NCBI GenBank assembly: GCA_964016885.1
Contig: OZ024754.1
Location: 37,758,001 to 37,822,000, forward strand
Length of the DNA: 64,000 bases
From: Eledone cirrhosa
Taxonomy: Eukaryota
Direction of reading: 5' to 3'
Position 1 is the stretch's first letter; every line of letters starts with the position of its first letter. The notes under the pieces were generated by a model, which saw only the letters and a program-made list of their open reading frames with translations, did not search any database and was not told where the DNA came from. The position numbers and the translations under genes are program-made. Below are positions 12,895 through 26,505 of the stretch, in pieces.

Positions 12895-13849
12895 AGAGAG
12901 CCCAAATTCTCCACTCACACTATGCTAAACCCATGGCCTCTAAATACCTGATACTCAAAAACTCAGCAATGTCCAGTAGTGCTAAGTTTAATATTCTGAT
13001 CGCAGATTTGGTACGAGTGATGAAGAATGTATCCCGCGTGTGCGACCCAACAGAAATGGAAAGACACATCCAACACTTCATCAACCGCATGCAGTTCTCA
13101 GGCTACAACCAAAGAGACAGAGTCGGAGTATACGAAGGAGCCATGGAGAAGTATAAGACCCTCATAGAACTGGACATGAAAGGAATTTGCCCATTATACA
13201 GGAGCAAATCATGGAATAGCTTAGATAGGGCTAGACATAAGATAGGGAAAGCCACGTCATGGTACGACAACCAGAGATACCAGAGTGTCATGTTTGTGGA
13301 CGCTACCCCTGGAGGGAAATTAGCTAACCAGTGTAGAAAGGCCCTGAGAAAGACCCACTTGAAAATAAAGGTGGTAGAAAAGCCAGGAACCACCATAAAA
13401 TCCCTGATCAGCAAAACCTACCCTTTTAAGAAAACCCACTGTACCAATAGGAAATGTATCATATGTAACGTGAACCCCCGGATAAACTGTAAAACTAGAA
13501 ACGTAGTTTATAGCATAAGATGTACAGAGGGTACTTGCAGAAACATGACAACAACATACATAGATGAGACAGCTCGTAGCATAGGTGAAAGGATAGACCA
13601 ACACTGGGGGGAACTAAAAGGACGAAAAAACGGGTCAGTACTATACGAACATGCTAGACAACAACATGACGGTAACATAGACAACATAGAAATTAGAATA
13701 ATATCCAAACATAGAAATGACCCAGCAGATAGGCAAATCAGAGAGGCCAGTGAAATAGAAATTAGAAGACCAAGGCTAAACAGAAAGAATGAATGGAATA
13801 ACAACAACACCCAAACAAACAACACTGACCTAAGAGAAGTATAAATAAG

Positions 13850-13880
<31 letters not shown>

Positions 13881-14325
13881 ATACATACACAAGCACAATA
13901 ACAAGCACATAAACACACACTAGTCACCCATCACACAGGAAACAAAACACTATACACACACGCAAACGCATGCGCAAAGAAGACAAAATAAAATAAACAA
14001 ACAAGCAAATAAATAAATAAATATATAGACAGACTGAATAAAAATGGCGTAGACATACAATACAACAGGAGGAAAATATAGCACCACTGACGATGTTGCA
14101 GATGTGCAACGAAAGATTTATGATAAACTATATATATGTGTTTGTGTCTATATTGTATCTGTATTATTTTTGACCGTCGGTCAGTCAATGGCAACAATGA
14201 GGACCTAGTAAGTTAGATTACCGATATAAAACACACAGAAGCGAGAAGCGAAAACCAACCATACAGTGAGTGTGTTCTGTTATTAATTCTGGCAATATTA
14301 CACAAATATGACCCTCCCCAAGTAT

Positions 14326-14332
<7 letters not shown>
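12895..14332 (+). mobile_element. Penelope-like element 3' portion (RT thumb, Cys linker, GIY-YIG, pLTR); ORF 12933-13844
   Basis: SGYNQ..R, CTNRKCIIC, CKTRNVVYSIRC, YIDETARSIGERIDQH, RQIREA.EI...P.LNRK; ends at (TA)n. Confidence 0.88.
14083..14122 (+). ncRNA. Minimal hammerhead-ribozyme-like motif in PLE pLTR (also ~37066 +, ~35250 -)
   Basis: CTGACGA-t-GTTGCA gatg TGCAAC-GAAA-gatt-TA; core and stem II intact, stem I weak. Confidence 0.5.
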
Positions 14333-14406
<74 letters not shown>

Positions 14407-14439
14407 CGAACCATGGGTTATTTTTATTTGTTTTAACAG

Positions 14440-14485
14440 TGGACTGCGGTTTTCAGAAGTTTGGAAGAAAATATGGAGTCATTAA
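14440..14485 (+). CDS. SLC46-like copy 1, terminal exon 5
   Basis: TTGTTTTAACAG acceptor; phase matches exon 4, giving IGLRFSEVWKKIWSH*; conserved in three copies; AATAAA follows at 14564. Confidence 0.7.
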
Positions 14486-14563
14486 GGAGAAGCGGTGATA
14501 AAAACAGTGATGCTAATAATTTCAAGATTTATTTACTGCTGCAACTTGATCATCTACGAGATG

Positions 14564-14569
14564 AATAAA
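14564..14569 (+). terminator. Putative polyadenylation signal (also at 46315 and 59295)
   Basis: AATAAA ~80 nt after the stop, followed by a G/T-rich tract; present in all three copies. Confidence 0.5.
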
Positions 14570-15599
14570 ACTTCGCTAAAATGGCAATGCGGTTTCGTTT
14601 TTATTGTAGTATATGTATGTGCCTGTGTGTGTGTGGTTGCGTGCGTGTGTGTGTGTGTGTTGTGTATGTATGTGAGAGGGATACAGAGAGAGAGAGAGGA
14701 AAAGAGATATAGAGAAATATATATATATATATATATATAGTTTAAAATATTCTTTAAACTAGACTACGAGACCCCTGAATATAAGGCAGCCGACATAGTC
14801 CATATGTAAATCCAGTACTACCTTGGGACGCCGTCGCTTCAGTGAACAAGTTTCCCCCTCTTCTCCTTTTCATCAAGCTGCCTCAAGTTTCCCACCATTG
14901 TGCTTACTAATCATTCTTTCAATATTGCTCAACAAACCACGTGTCATTTCCCTGTTGCTCTAAAATTATTTAACATCTTTCATACAAAATTATTTGGTTC
15001 CAAACTCTGTACTACTATAAATTTTGTATTAAAAGTTCTTGTAGTAGCAAGTAATTTGAGTGAGATTTAGTTGCTATGTTTAGCAGCTTTACACATATTA
15101 AGTCGACAGAAAAGTTTCGTGCTTCACAATTTACACTCCTGTTTGGTTTCAATTTCTGGGCCAATTTAAATTTGGATTAACAGTTCTAACAATATCGAGT
15201 GGGTTGAAAGGAATGTAATTGCTATTTTTAGCAGGTCAACCGACCTAGTATATGGTTTCAGTCATTAGACTGTGGCCATGTTGGAGCCACATTAATGTTT
15301 GTTTCGAGTTTGGCACTTACTTCATCGATTTCCTTTTATACGTGGATATAAACAAACAGTAAACGCAAAGGGCACACACTGCTTCGACCGACCTTATTAT
15401 TCAACCAGAGGCTACAGTAAAAGATACTTGTTCAAGGTGTTATGTAATGTGACTGAGCTTGACCACAATGACAATCTCTCATATATATTTACACACATAC
15501 ACTCATATGTGCGTAAGTATACATATATATATATGTGTACTTACAAAGATATATGTATAATATATACACAAATATATATATATATAAACCATTATCATG

Positions 15600-15649
<50 letters not shown>

Positions 15650-16206
15650 TATGTTGGTACCACAAAACACCCAGCTCACACTAAAGTGGTTGTGTAGGTG
15701 ACATGACATAAAGCAACCAGCACACACTGTAAATATGGTTGGCGCTAGGAAGGGCATCCAGCCGTAGAAAACGAGCCAGAAAGAGTCGTATATGAGCGAG
15801 ACACGGTTACCCGACTCAATTTGCCTCTAAATGGGACAAACCCGACTAACCCATGCTAGCGTGGAAGAAAGACTTTAAACGACGAAGACGACGATGATGA
15901 TGATGATGATGATGATGATGTATAAATATATATATATATATATATAAATAATTTTGAAAACCGTACAATGCTTTAGAAAATTAAAAGTGATAAGATAATA
16001 AAATTTTATCTTAGCAAATTTTATAATCCCAAATATTTTCGCATTTAAAAATTTACTAAGGTAAGATTCTATTGATTTTCTAATGCATTGTATGGTTTTC
16101 AAAATTATTTAAATTTGTGTTTCCTATTCAACAATGCCTCAATCAAACTACAACACTGGGTTTTTTACAAAATGAAAAATAACCGGTGTCCTACACGAGT
16201 GAAAGT

Positions 16207-16430
16207 GTAAGGAAAAAAGATGAAATCGAAAATGCAACTGGAGTCTTATTTTTAAAAATATATATATATTTATTTGGTTCCTTTACCGGTTTCGCAGTTA
16301 TTCTGCTTTTCAAAAGTAGAGTTGAGATGGAGGGTCTGTAGTTTTTCTCATATCTGGAACCAAATAAATATATATATTTTTTAAAAAATAAGACTCCAGT
16401 TGCATTTACGATTTCATCTTTTTTCCTTAT
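16207..16430. repeat. Foldback inverted repeat (~75-bp arms)
   Basis: taaggaaaaaagatgaaatcg...tttggttcc pairs with ggaaccaaa...cgatttcatcttttttcctta. Confidence 0.75.
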
Positions 16431-17081
16431 ATATATATATATATATATATACCATCATCATCATCATCATCTTCGTTTAACGTCCATTTTCCACGCTAGC
16501 ATGGGTTAGACGGGAGTTGTCCCACTTGCGGCAAGGTTGGTCGGGTGACTGTGTCTCGTTCGATATATATATCCCAGAACTTTAGTCTTTGTCACGTTTA
16601 CTTTTAGATCTATCAATTCTAGATTTTACTTTCATATCTGGAATTTTGCCTGTAACTCTTCTACAAGTTTAGCCATCAGAAAACAGTAGATCCCATGGAT
16701 AGCCAGTTTTAAACTCCCCTTTTTATGGCATGGAGAACAATCTATTGTACATTAATAATATTTAATTGTTAATTTAAGAAAAGTACATTTAAAGGAAAGA
16801 CAATGTCATTAAAAGGATTTAACAAAACTTTATTTTTTAGTAACAAATACAATTGACAGAGTGACCAACGAACTAAAAAGATATTTCCTACTTTTACTCC
16901 TAATATGATAGGTAGATAATTTGAAACAAAATTAAAGAAACACACATATATATAATCAGGGAAAAGCGGACGCAAAATGATGATGATGATGATATATATA
17001 TATATATATAAGCAGACCTGTCTAACCCATGCAAGAATGGAAAATAGACATTAAACAGTGATGATGATGATATATATAGAT

Positions 17082-17151
<70 letters not shown>

Positions 17152-17250
17152 CGTCTGTATACATATATGTATGTACGTATACATGCATACTTACATTTAA
17201 GTAAGTGCCATACTAAGAGTGAGAAATGAAATTTCGTTTTCATTTTGTTT

Positions 17251-17316
<66 letters not shown>

Positions 17317-17439
17317 TTGTAAGGTTGCAAGTAAATGCGTCCGTAGGCGGTATGCCGGTTGAGCACTCGATGCTCGCACAGAGCAGAGTATAATACTATA
17401 AAGAACGAGGAATCAGTGTTGCATCATGTCACTTTATAT

Positions 17440-17675
17440 TGTCACTGGATATTTTAGATAATATATATTTTCACTAGCTCTGACAGTTGGCAGGTGATCA
17501 GTGAGTTGTATTGATGAAGGGTAATCACCCAGAAACATTAGTATCTGCAGTGCTGTTTACATGCCAACACAAGAGCAAGAACGAGGGGCTCATTCTACTG
17601 ATATGGCTTAAAAAAAGAGGCTATTTGCATAATTGCAAACGAATCGAATATTATTATTAATATTTGAAAAACTGT
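17440..17675 (+). mobile_element. PLE pLTR-like repeat with degenerate hammerhead
   Basis: Reverse-complement homolog of 28000-28235. Confidence 0.6.
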
Positions 17676-18074
17676 ATTCAGCCAAATAGAGCGATCATTT
17701 TTTTTTTTTATATTTCAAAAAGATTCTTTTATTTCACAAAATGTGGAAAAATTTAATTTCATTCCAAAATTTGGATCACCAGCATTTATAACACGAGTAA
17801 CTTGGGTTTAACCTCTATCAGTTGCAGGGTTCACAAATTCCGTTGCATGGTTTTGTTGTATGACAACAACACCTACCTGTAGTTGTAAACATAGGTTTAA
17901 ATATATCAAATGTCTATAGAAGTAAAAAAAAATGTTAGTTGATGATGATGACGATGGTGGGGGTGGCGGTGGTGGTGGTAGTGGCGGTGGCGGCGGTGGC
18001 CGCGGTGGCGGTGATTTTGGCGGTGATGGTGGTGATGATGATGATGGTGATGATGATGATTATGAGGCCAACCA

Positions 18075-18250
18075 TATTTTGGGAAAGGGAAAGTCAACTA
18101 AATCGACGCAAGTGCACTTTATCGACTCCGTAAGGATGAAAGGGAAATCTGACCTCGGCGGGATTTGAACTCAAAACGTAAAGGGCCATAACTCTATGCC
18201 GCTAAGCATGTTGTCCGACGCTCTACTGATTCTGCCAATCCATCACCCTA
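18075..18250 (-). mobile_element. tRNA-derived SINE (homolog at ~49735-49880)
   Basis: atcgactccgtaaggatgaaagg...cctcggcgggatttgaactca, the reverse complement of the SINE core and head. Confidence 0.7.
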
Positions 18251-18424
18251 AGCTAAAAATAAATAAGAATTAAGTAAAGCTTGTACAGTTACACTGGTAA
18301 GCTCGTGATTAAAGAACGAATGATGTTTTTTCTTTCTTTTAATTTACGTGTTTACCGTGTCATTTATATCTCAAGTATTGTCATTTAGTACCCAGTAAGG
18401 GTAATTACACTTGCTTTTTCTTCT

Positions 18425-18690
18425 TCTTGTCCCACTTATTCATGAGAGGGTCGTGTGAGCAGAGTCCTCAAACACTCCTTCCAGCGGGTTTGTCAGAAGC
18501 AACCGTCTCCAACTGGTCTGAATGAAACCCCAAGCGTGACGAGCGAAGCTCAAGGATGTTATCAACCATGTTGCTCGGGGTCTACCCCGGAGTCTCCTAC
18601 CTGTTGGTTTTGCGCATAAAATTTGTCCAACGATTCTTTCCTGAGACTTTCTAACCACATGTCCATATTATCGGAACTATGATATCTCAA
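18425..18690 (-). mobile_element. RTE-like LINE 3' fragment (homolog at ~50060-50325)
   Basis: Translates to HVVR...KPTGRRLRGRPRATW, a typical RTE C-terminal motif. Confidence 0.6.
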
Positions 18691-18799
18691 TTCGGAGAAA
18701 AAAACAAAAACAAAACAAAAGGAATCCTAGTTCAAATTTTGTCATTAAAAAAAAAAAAAAAAATAGTTAATGAATCAGATCTAAACAGATTCTTAGTAT

Positions 18800-18850
18800 T
18801 TTTCTTTCCGCCATTTTTTGGCGACAGTTAGATCAAGAACAACGCTATTG
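18800..18850 (+). promoter_or_regulatory. Possible promoter/TSS: CTTTCC + YY1-like CCGCCATTTT
   Basis: Motif at 18808-18817, conserved at 50443-50452; downstream part recurs at 63971-64000; lies upstream of each exon array. Confidence 0.25.
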
Positions 18851-18907
18851 CTCGAGAATTTACCTTTCAATTTTTTTTCCAATTGAAAACGCAACAAGTC
18901 ACACATA

Positions 18908-19047
<140 letters not shown>

Positions 19048-19664
19048 ACGCACACATACACACACACACACATATACATACACACATACACACACACACG
19101 CACACATGAACACATATATACTCACACACGCACACACATAGATATATACACCATCTCCTCCAATTGGTAAAATAATATTGACGAAAGATAATTTCCGTCA
19201 ATATTATTTTACCAATTGCTGGCCTTGTGCCAAAAGTAGAAATAATTATTTTACCAAACAATGGACTGGGGTAATTGCTGTCCTTGTGCCAAAAGTAGAA
19301 ATATTATTTTACCAAACATCTCAGCAAGCAGCTGTATGTAAGTAAATCAATAGAGAAGGTACGCAACTGACATATTATTTCGCTACCTAAACATTTCCTT
19401 CGATGCGAATTAAAATTCCCAATGTAGAAAGAAAGGAAATAGAAAAATAATAGAAAATAAAACCAAAATTCGGATAATTTTCGTTCATGCTGACCGTCTA
19501 CAATTAATATAATTTTAAAAGAATTTTACAGAACTGTTTGGATTTTATATTAATATTTCGAGATAAGTAAGCAGTTCACTTCTTTCAAATGTTAACTACA
19601 TTCACACACACACACAGACACACACACACAGACACATACATACATGCGTGCATGTATGCATGCA

Positions 19665-20690
19665 TACATGGTGGCTCCCAACTCGTTTTCGAGTACGGCC
19701 ACTACTTTATATCCATGTAGGAGAACCCCTACTGATGCGCTAAACGAGTGTGACTTTTTAGTCCAGCCAGCAACTTGAAAACTGTTACAAACACTACATT
19801 TGTGACAATATTTGACACATAGTGCTGGGCCCATGGTACCATGTGACGACAAGTGCAGAGAGATCTCCAGATATAAAGCAATGCCTGTGCCGTGAAGCTT
19901 TTATAGTGAGCAAAGGCACTGCACAAAGCCAGTCCCACTCTCTTAACCAAGATGATATTTACCAAAAAGAAGAACAAGTCAACATCATTGGATACCATCA
20001 GGGTTGCAAGTGTTATATCAGAGTTTTCCTTCTCCTAGAATTCTGCCTTGACAAAGACTAAGGGGTCATCTCTCCCGGTGATTTTGGATGTCTATTGAAT
20101 CTTAAGAGCTCCCTTGCCCTTTGACAGGTTTTGTTTTTAGTCCTGCAGGATGTCCAAAGTCACCCTCCTCACCAAGAAACCTTGGTGGGGTTGCCAGTTT
20201 AGTCGCCAACGACCCGACCATGAGACAGGTTGTACTGGGATACATGTTACCAGTAGCACCAACTGGTGACCTGACATATTACATACATACATACATACAT
20301 ACATACATGGTGGCTGCCAACTCGTTTTCGAGTACGGCCACTACTTTATATACATGTAGGAGAACTCCTACCGATGCGCTGAACGAGTGTGACTTTTTAG
20401 TCCAGCCAGCGACTTGAAAACTCTGGTACAAACACTACACTTGTGACAAATATTGACACATAGTGTTGGACCCATGATACCATGTGATGACAAGTGCAGA
20501 GAGATCTCCAGATACAAAGCAATGCCTGTGCCGTGAAGCTTTTATAGTGAGCAAAGGCACTGCACAAAGCCAGTCCCACTCTCTTAACCAAGATAATATT
20601 TACCAAAAAGAAGAACAAGTCAACATCATTGGAGTTTTCCTTCTCCTAGAATTCTGCCTTGACAAAGGCTAAGGGGTCATCTCTCCCGGA
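19665..20690. repeat. Locally duplicated unclassified repeat (19665-20080 vs 20305-20690); diverged relative at ~51665-51960
   Basis: Direct duplication beginning atggtggct(c/g)ccaactcgttttcgagtacggccac, embedded in (TACA)n. Confidence 0.65.
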
Positions 20691-20879
20691 TACATACATA
20701 CATACATACATACATACACACATACATGCATACATACATACATACATACATACAGTGTAAGTGTGTGTGTGTGTACATACATGCATACATACATACACAC
20801 ACATACACACACACACACACACACCCATACACACACAGACGCACACACATACAGACACACACAGACACACGCACATGCT

Positions 20880-21022
20880 AAAATTTATTCGAATTTGTAG
20901 GGATATCCGACTAAATACATAATTCATTTTACAAGGATTTGCTACAAACAACATGGCTGAACGCAACAACACCAACAACATTAAGAAAGTAGAGAAGGAA
21001 AACAACAAGAGAGGTAAACAAA

Positions 21023-21068
<46 letters not shown>

Positions 21069-24000
21069 TTTATTCGAATTCGTAGAGGGATCTGACCAAA
21101 TACATTATTCATTTTACAAGGATTTACTACAAACAACATGGCTGAACGCAGCAAGACCAGCAACATTAAGGAAGCAGCGAAGAAAAGCAGCGAGAAAGGT
21201 AAACAAAATTTACATACATACATACATACAAACATCTTTTCGAATTCGTAGAGATATCTGACTAAATACATAATTCATTTTACAAGAATCTGCTACAGGC
21301 AGCAAGGCTGAACACAAGGACACCAAAATCATTAAGGAAGTACCGAAGAAAAAGAACAAGAAAGGTAAACAAAATTTACATACATACATACATACTTACA
21401 TCTTTTATTCGAATTCGTAGAGATACCCGACTAAATACATGATTCATTTTACAAGGATTTGCTACAAAGAGCCTGGCTAAACACAGCCTCAACAACATTA
21501 TGGAAGTACCGATCGAAAACAATGAGAAAGGTAAACAAAATGTACATACATACATACATCTTTTATTCAAATTCGTAGAGGTATCCGACTAAATACATTA
21601 TTCATTTTACAAGGATTTGCTACAAGCAGCAAGGCTGAACACAAGGACACCAAAATAATTGAGGAAGTACCGAAGAAAAAGGACAAGGAAGGTAAACAAA
21701 ATTTACATATATACACACATAACATCTTTTATTCGAATTCGTAGAGATACCCGACTAAATACATAATTCATTTTACAAGGATTTGCTACAAAGAGCCAGG
21801 GTGAACACATCCTCAACAACACTATGGAAGTACCGAACGAAAACAACGAGAAAGGTAAACAAAATGTACATACATACATACATCTTTTATTCAAATTCGT
21901 AGAGGTATCCGACTAAATACATTATTCATTTTACAAGGATTTGCTACAAGCAGCAAGGCTGAACACAAGGACACCAAAATAATTGAGGAAGTACCGAAGA
22001 AAAAGGACAAGAAAGGTAAACAAAATTTACATACATACACACATAACATCTTTTATTCGAATTCGTAGAGATACCCGACTAAATACATAATTCATTTTAC
22101 AAGGATTTGCTACAAAGAGCCAGGGTGAACACATCCTCAACAACACTATGGAAGTACCGAACGAAAACAACGAGAAAGGTAAACAAAATGTACATACATA
22201 CATACATCTTTTATTCAAATTCGTAGAGGTATCCGACTAAATACATTATTCATTTTACAAGGATTTGCTACAAGCAGCAAGGCTGAACACAAGGACACCA
22301 AAATAATTGAGGAAGTACCGAAGAAAAAGGACAAGAAAGGTAAACAAAATTTACATACATACACACATAACATCTTTTATTCGAATTCGTAGAGATACCC
22401 GACTAAATACATAATTCATTTTACAAGGATTTGCTACAAAGAGCCAGGGTGAACACATCCTCAACAACACTATGGAAGTACCGAACGAAAACAACGAGAA
22501 AGGTAAACAAAATGTACAGACATACATACATACATAAATCTTTCATTCGAATTCGTAGAGATACACGACTAAATACATTATTTATTTTACAAGGATTTGC
22601 TACAAACGGCATGGCAGAACACAACATCAACAACATTATGAAAATACCGAACGAAAACAATGAGAAAGGTAAACAAAATGTACATACATACATCTTTTAT
22701 TCGAATTCGTAGACGTATCCGACTAATACATAATTCATTTTACAAGGATTTGCTACAAAGAGCCTGGCTGAACACATCCTCAAGTACAGTATGGGAGTAC
22801 TGAACGAAAACAATGAGAAAGGTAAACAAAATGTACATACATACATATATCTTTTATTCGAATTCGTAGAGGTATCCGACTAATACATAATTCATTTTAC
22901 AAGGATTTGCTACAAAGAGCCTGGCTGAACACATGCTCAACAACACTATGGAAGTACCGAACGAAAACAATGAGAAAGGTAAACAAAATGTACATACATA
23001 CATATATCTTTTATTCGAATTCGTAGAGGTATCCGACTAAATACATTATTCATTTTACAAGGATTTGCTACAAGCAGCAAGGCTGAACAGAAGGACACCA
23101 AAATAATTGAGGAAGTACCGAAGAAAAAGGACAAGAAAGGTAAACAAAATTTACATACATACATCTTTTATTCGAATTTGTAGAGATACCCGACTAAATA
23201 CATAATTCATTTTACAAGGATTAGCTATAAAGAGCTTGGCTGAACACATCCTCAACACCACTATGGAAGTACCGAACGAAAACAATGAGAAAGGTAAACA
23301 AAATGTACATACATACATATATCGTTTATTCGAATTCGTAGAGATATGCGACTAAATACATTATTCATTTTACAAGGATTTGCTACAAGCAGCAAGCCTG
23401 AACACAAGGACACCAATATAATTGAGGAAGTACCGAAGAAAAAGGACAAGAAAGGTACACAAAATTTACATACATACATACATATATCTTTTATTCGAAT
23501 TCGTAGAGATACCCGACTAAATACATAATTCATTTTACAAGGATTTACTACAAAGAACCTGCATGAACCCATGCTCAACACGACTACGGAAGTACCGAAC
23601 GAAAACAATGAGAAAGGTAAACAAAATGTACATACATACATATATGTTTTATTAGAATTCGTAGAGGTATCCGACTAAATACATTATTCATTTTACAAGG
23701 ATTTGCTACAAGCAGCAAGGCTGAACACAAGGACACCAAAATAATTGAGGAAGTACCGAAGAAAAAGGACCAGAAAGGTAAACAAAATTTACATACATAC
23801 ATACATCTTTTATTCGAATTCGTAGAGATACCCGACTAAATACATAATTCATTTTACAAGGATTTGCTACAAAGAGCCTGGCTGAACACATCCTCAACAC
23901 CACTATGGAAGTACCGAACGAAAACAATGAGAAAGGTAAACAAAATGTACATACATACATATATCTTTTATTCGAATTCGTAGAGGTATCCGACTAAATA

Positions 24001-26082
24001 CATTATTCATTTTACAAGGATTTGCTACAAGCAGCAAGCCTGAACACAAGGACACCAAAATAATTGAGGAAGTACCGAAGAAAAAGGACAATAAAGGTAA
24101 ACAAAATTTACATACATACATACATATATCTTTTATTCGAATTCGTAGAGATACCCGACTAAATACATAATTCATTTTACAAGGATTTGCTACAAAGAGC
24201 CTGCATGAACCCATGCTCAACACGACTATGGAAGTACCGAACGAAAACAATGAGAAAGGTAAACAAAATGTACATACATACATATATCTTTTATTAGAAT
24301 TCGTAGAGGTATCCGACTAAATACATTATTCATTTTACAAGGATTTGCTACAAGCAGCAAGGCTGAACACAAGGACACCAAAATAATTGAGGAAGTACCG
24401 AAGAAAAAGGACAAGAAAGGTAAACAAAATTTACATACATACATACATCTTTTATTCGAATTCGTAGAGATACCCGACTAAATACATAATTCATTTTACA
24501 AGGATTTGCTACAAAGAACCTGGCTGAACTCATCCTCAACACCACTATTGAAGTACCGAACGAAAACAATGAGAAAGGTAAACAAAATGTACATACATAC
24601 ATATATCTTTTATTCGAATTCGTAGAGGTATCCGACTAAATACATTATTCATTTTACAAGGATTTGCTACAAGCAGCAAGCCTGAACACGAGGACACCAA
24701 AATAATTCAGGAAGTACCGAAGAAAAAGGACAAGAAAGGTAAACAAAATTTACATACATACATACATATTTCTTTTATTCGAATTCGTAGAGATACCGGA
24801 CTAAATACATAATTCATTTTACAAGGATTTGCTACAAAGAGCCAGGGTGAACACATCCTCAACAACACTATGGAAGTACCGAACGAAAACAATGAGAAAG
24901 GTAAACAAAATGTACATACATACATATATCTTTTATTAGAATTCGTAGAGGTATCCGACTAAATACATTATTCATTTTACAAGGATTTGCTACAAGCAGC
25001 AAGGCTGAACACAAGGACACCAAAATAATTGAGGAAGTACCGAAGAAAAAGGACCAGAAAGGTAAACAAATTTACATACATACATACATCTTTTATTCGA
25101 ATTCGTAGAGATACCAGACTAAATAGATAATTCCTTTTACAAGGATTTGCTACAAAGAGCCTGGCTGAACACATCCTCAACACCACTATGGACGTACCGA
25201 ATGAAAACAATGAGAAAGGTAAACAAAATGTACATACATACATATATCTTTTATTCGAATTCGTAGAGGTATCCGACTAAATACATTATTCATTTTACAA
25301 GGATTTGCTACAAGCAGCAAGGCTGAACACAAGGACACCAAAATAATTGAGGAAGTACCGAAGAAAAAGGACAAGAAAGGTAAACAAAATTTACATACAT
25401 ACATACATACATCTTTTATTCGAATTCGTAGAGATACCCGACTAAATACATAATTCATTTTACAAGGATTTGCTACAAAGAGCCTAGCTGAACTCATCCT
25501 CAACACCACTATTGAAGTACCGAACGAAAACAATGAGAAAGGTAAACAAAATGTACATACATACATATATCTTTTATTCGAATTCGTAGAGGTATCCGAC
25601 TAAATACATTATTCATTTTACAAGGATTTGCTACAAGCAGCAAGCCTGAACACAAGGACACCAAAATAATTGAGGAAGTACCGAAGAAAAAGGACAAGAA
25701 AGGTAAACAAAATTTACATACATACATACATATTTCTTTTATTCGAATTCGTAGAGATACCCGACTAAATACATAATTCATTTTACAAGGATTTGCTACA
25801 AAGAGCCAGGGTGAACACATCCTCAACAACACTATGGAAGTACCGGACGAAAACAATGAGAAAGGTAAACAAAATGTACATACATACATATATCTTTTAT
25901 TAGAATTCGTAGAGGTATCCGACTAAATACATTATTCATTTTACAAGGATCTGCTACAAAGAGCCTGGCTGAACAAATCCTCAACAACATTATGGAAGTA
26001 CCGATCGAAGACAATGAGAAAGGTAAACAAAATTTACATACATACATACATACATCTTTTATTCGAATTCGTAGAGGTATCC
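20880..26082 (+). repeat. Tandem array of 32 ~160-bp exon+intron units, with A/B alternation
   Basis: Unit: ttcattttacaag|GATTTGCTACA...AAAG|gtaaacaaaat(taca)n..ttcgaattcgtagag.tatccgactaaatac. Confidence 0.95.
20936..26022 (+). CDS. 32 putative 75/78-nt phase-1 exons encoding 25/26-aa repeats (GFATKSLAEHILNTTMEVPNENNEK / GFATSSKAEHKDTKIIEEVPKKKDKK)
   Basis: First exon 20936-21013, last 25948-26022. AG|...|GT boundaries in every unit, exon lengths only 75 or 78, no in-frame stop in the units translated; non-triplet indels are confined to the intron part. Confidence 0.7.
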
Positions 26083-26505
26083 ATGCTACTAGACTTCCTA
26101 GCAGCCAGGTCAAACAGTGCCTTGAAACAACTATGCCTGTAAGAAATTTGACACTTCGTGTACCATCTGAGTCTACCTCGACTGTTGTGGAAAACACTAT
26201 CGATAATAGCACAATCGTTCGGCTACCTGCCCAGGATCTGCTGCCTGCCAAACCGAAGAGGGCAAACTATGCAAATATCCGCCGCTCTCGCATATGTTTG
26301 TGCTAGAGCCTGTAGCAGTGGAGACTTCCAGCATTCTCGGCTTCTGGACCACATCCCTACTCACTGCTATCGGAGAAGAGTTGGCTGCCCGCCTAAGGGA
26401 GCCCCGAAGTGAAAGGGTTGTTCTAGCTTGTCTCCCTCATCGTACTCTAGGACAATGCATGCATTCTCCATCCTGCCTGTCGGGACCCATAGGTGGAGTA
26501 TAAGT
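26083..26505 (+). mobile_element. Non-LTR (CRE-like, restriction-like endonuclease C-terminus) fragment abutting the array
   Basis: KPKRANYANI followed by frameshifted EPVAVETSSILG...IGEELAARLREPR, resembling the K..KY...P.AVET.G.LG motif. Confidence 0.5.

Noticed and set aside
20936-26022. Neuropeptide or toxin precursor interpretation of the repeat peptides
   Set aside because: KK sites occur in only some units, there is no G-K/R amidation order, and no signal-peptide exon was found. Not excluded, but less supported than fusion to the transporter.
20880-26082. CRISPR-like repeat-spacer array
   Set aside because: The variable parts are homologous to one another, units are ~160 bp, the context is eukaryotic and there are no cas genes; exon-intron structure explains the pattern.
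21376-26251. Many minus-strand ORFs (MYVCTFCLPFSLF...)
   Set aside because: They are antisense read-through of the repeat, with frames broken by (TACA)n length changes; splice signals are on the plus strand.
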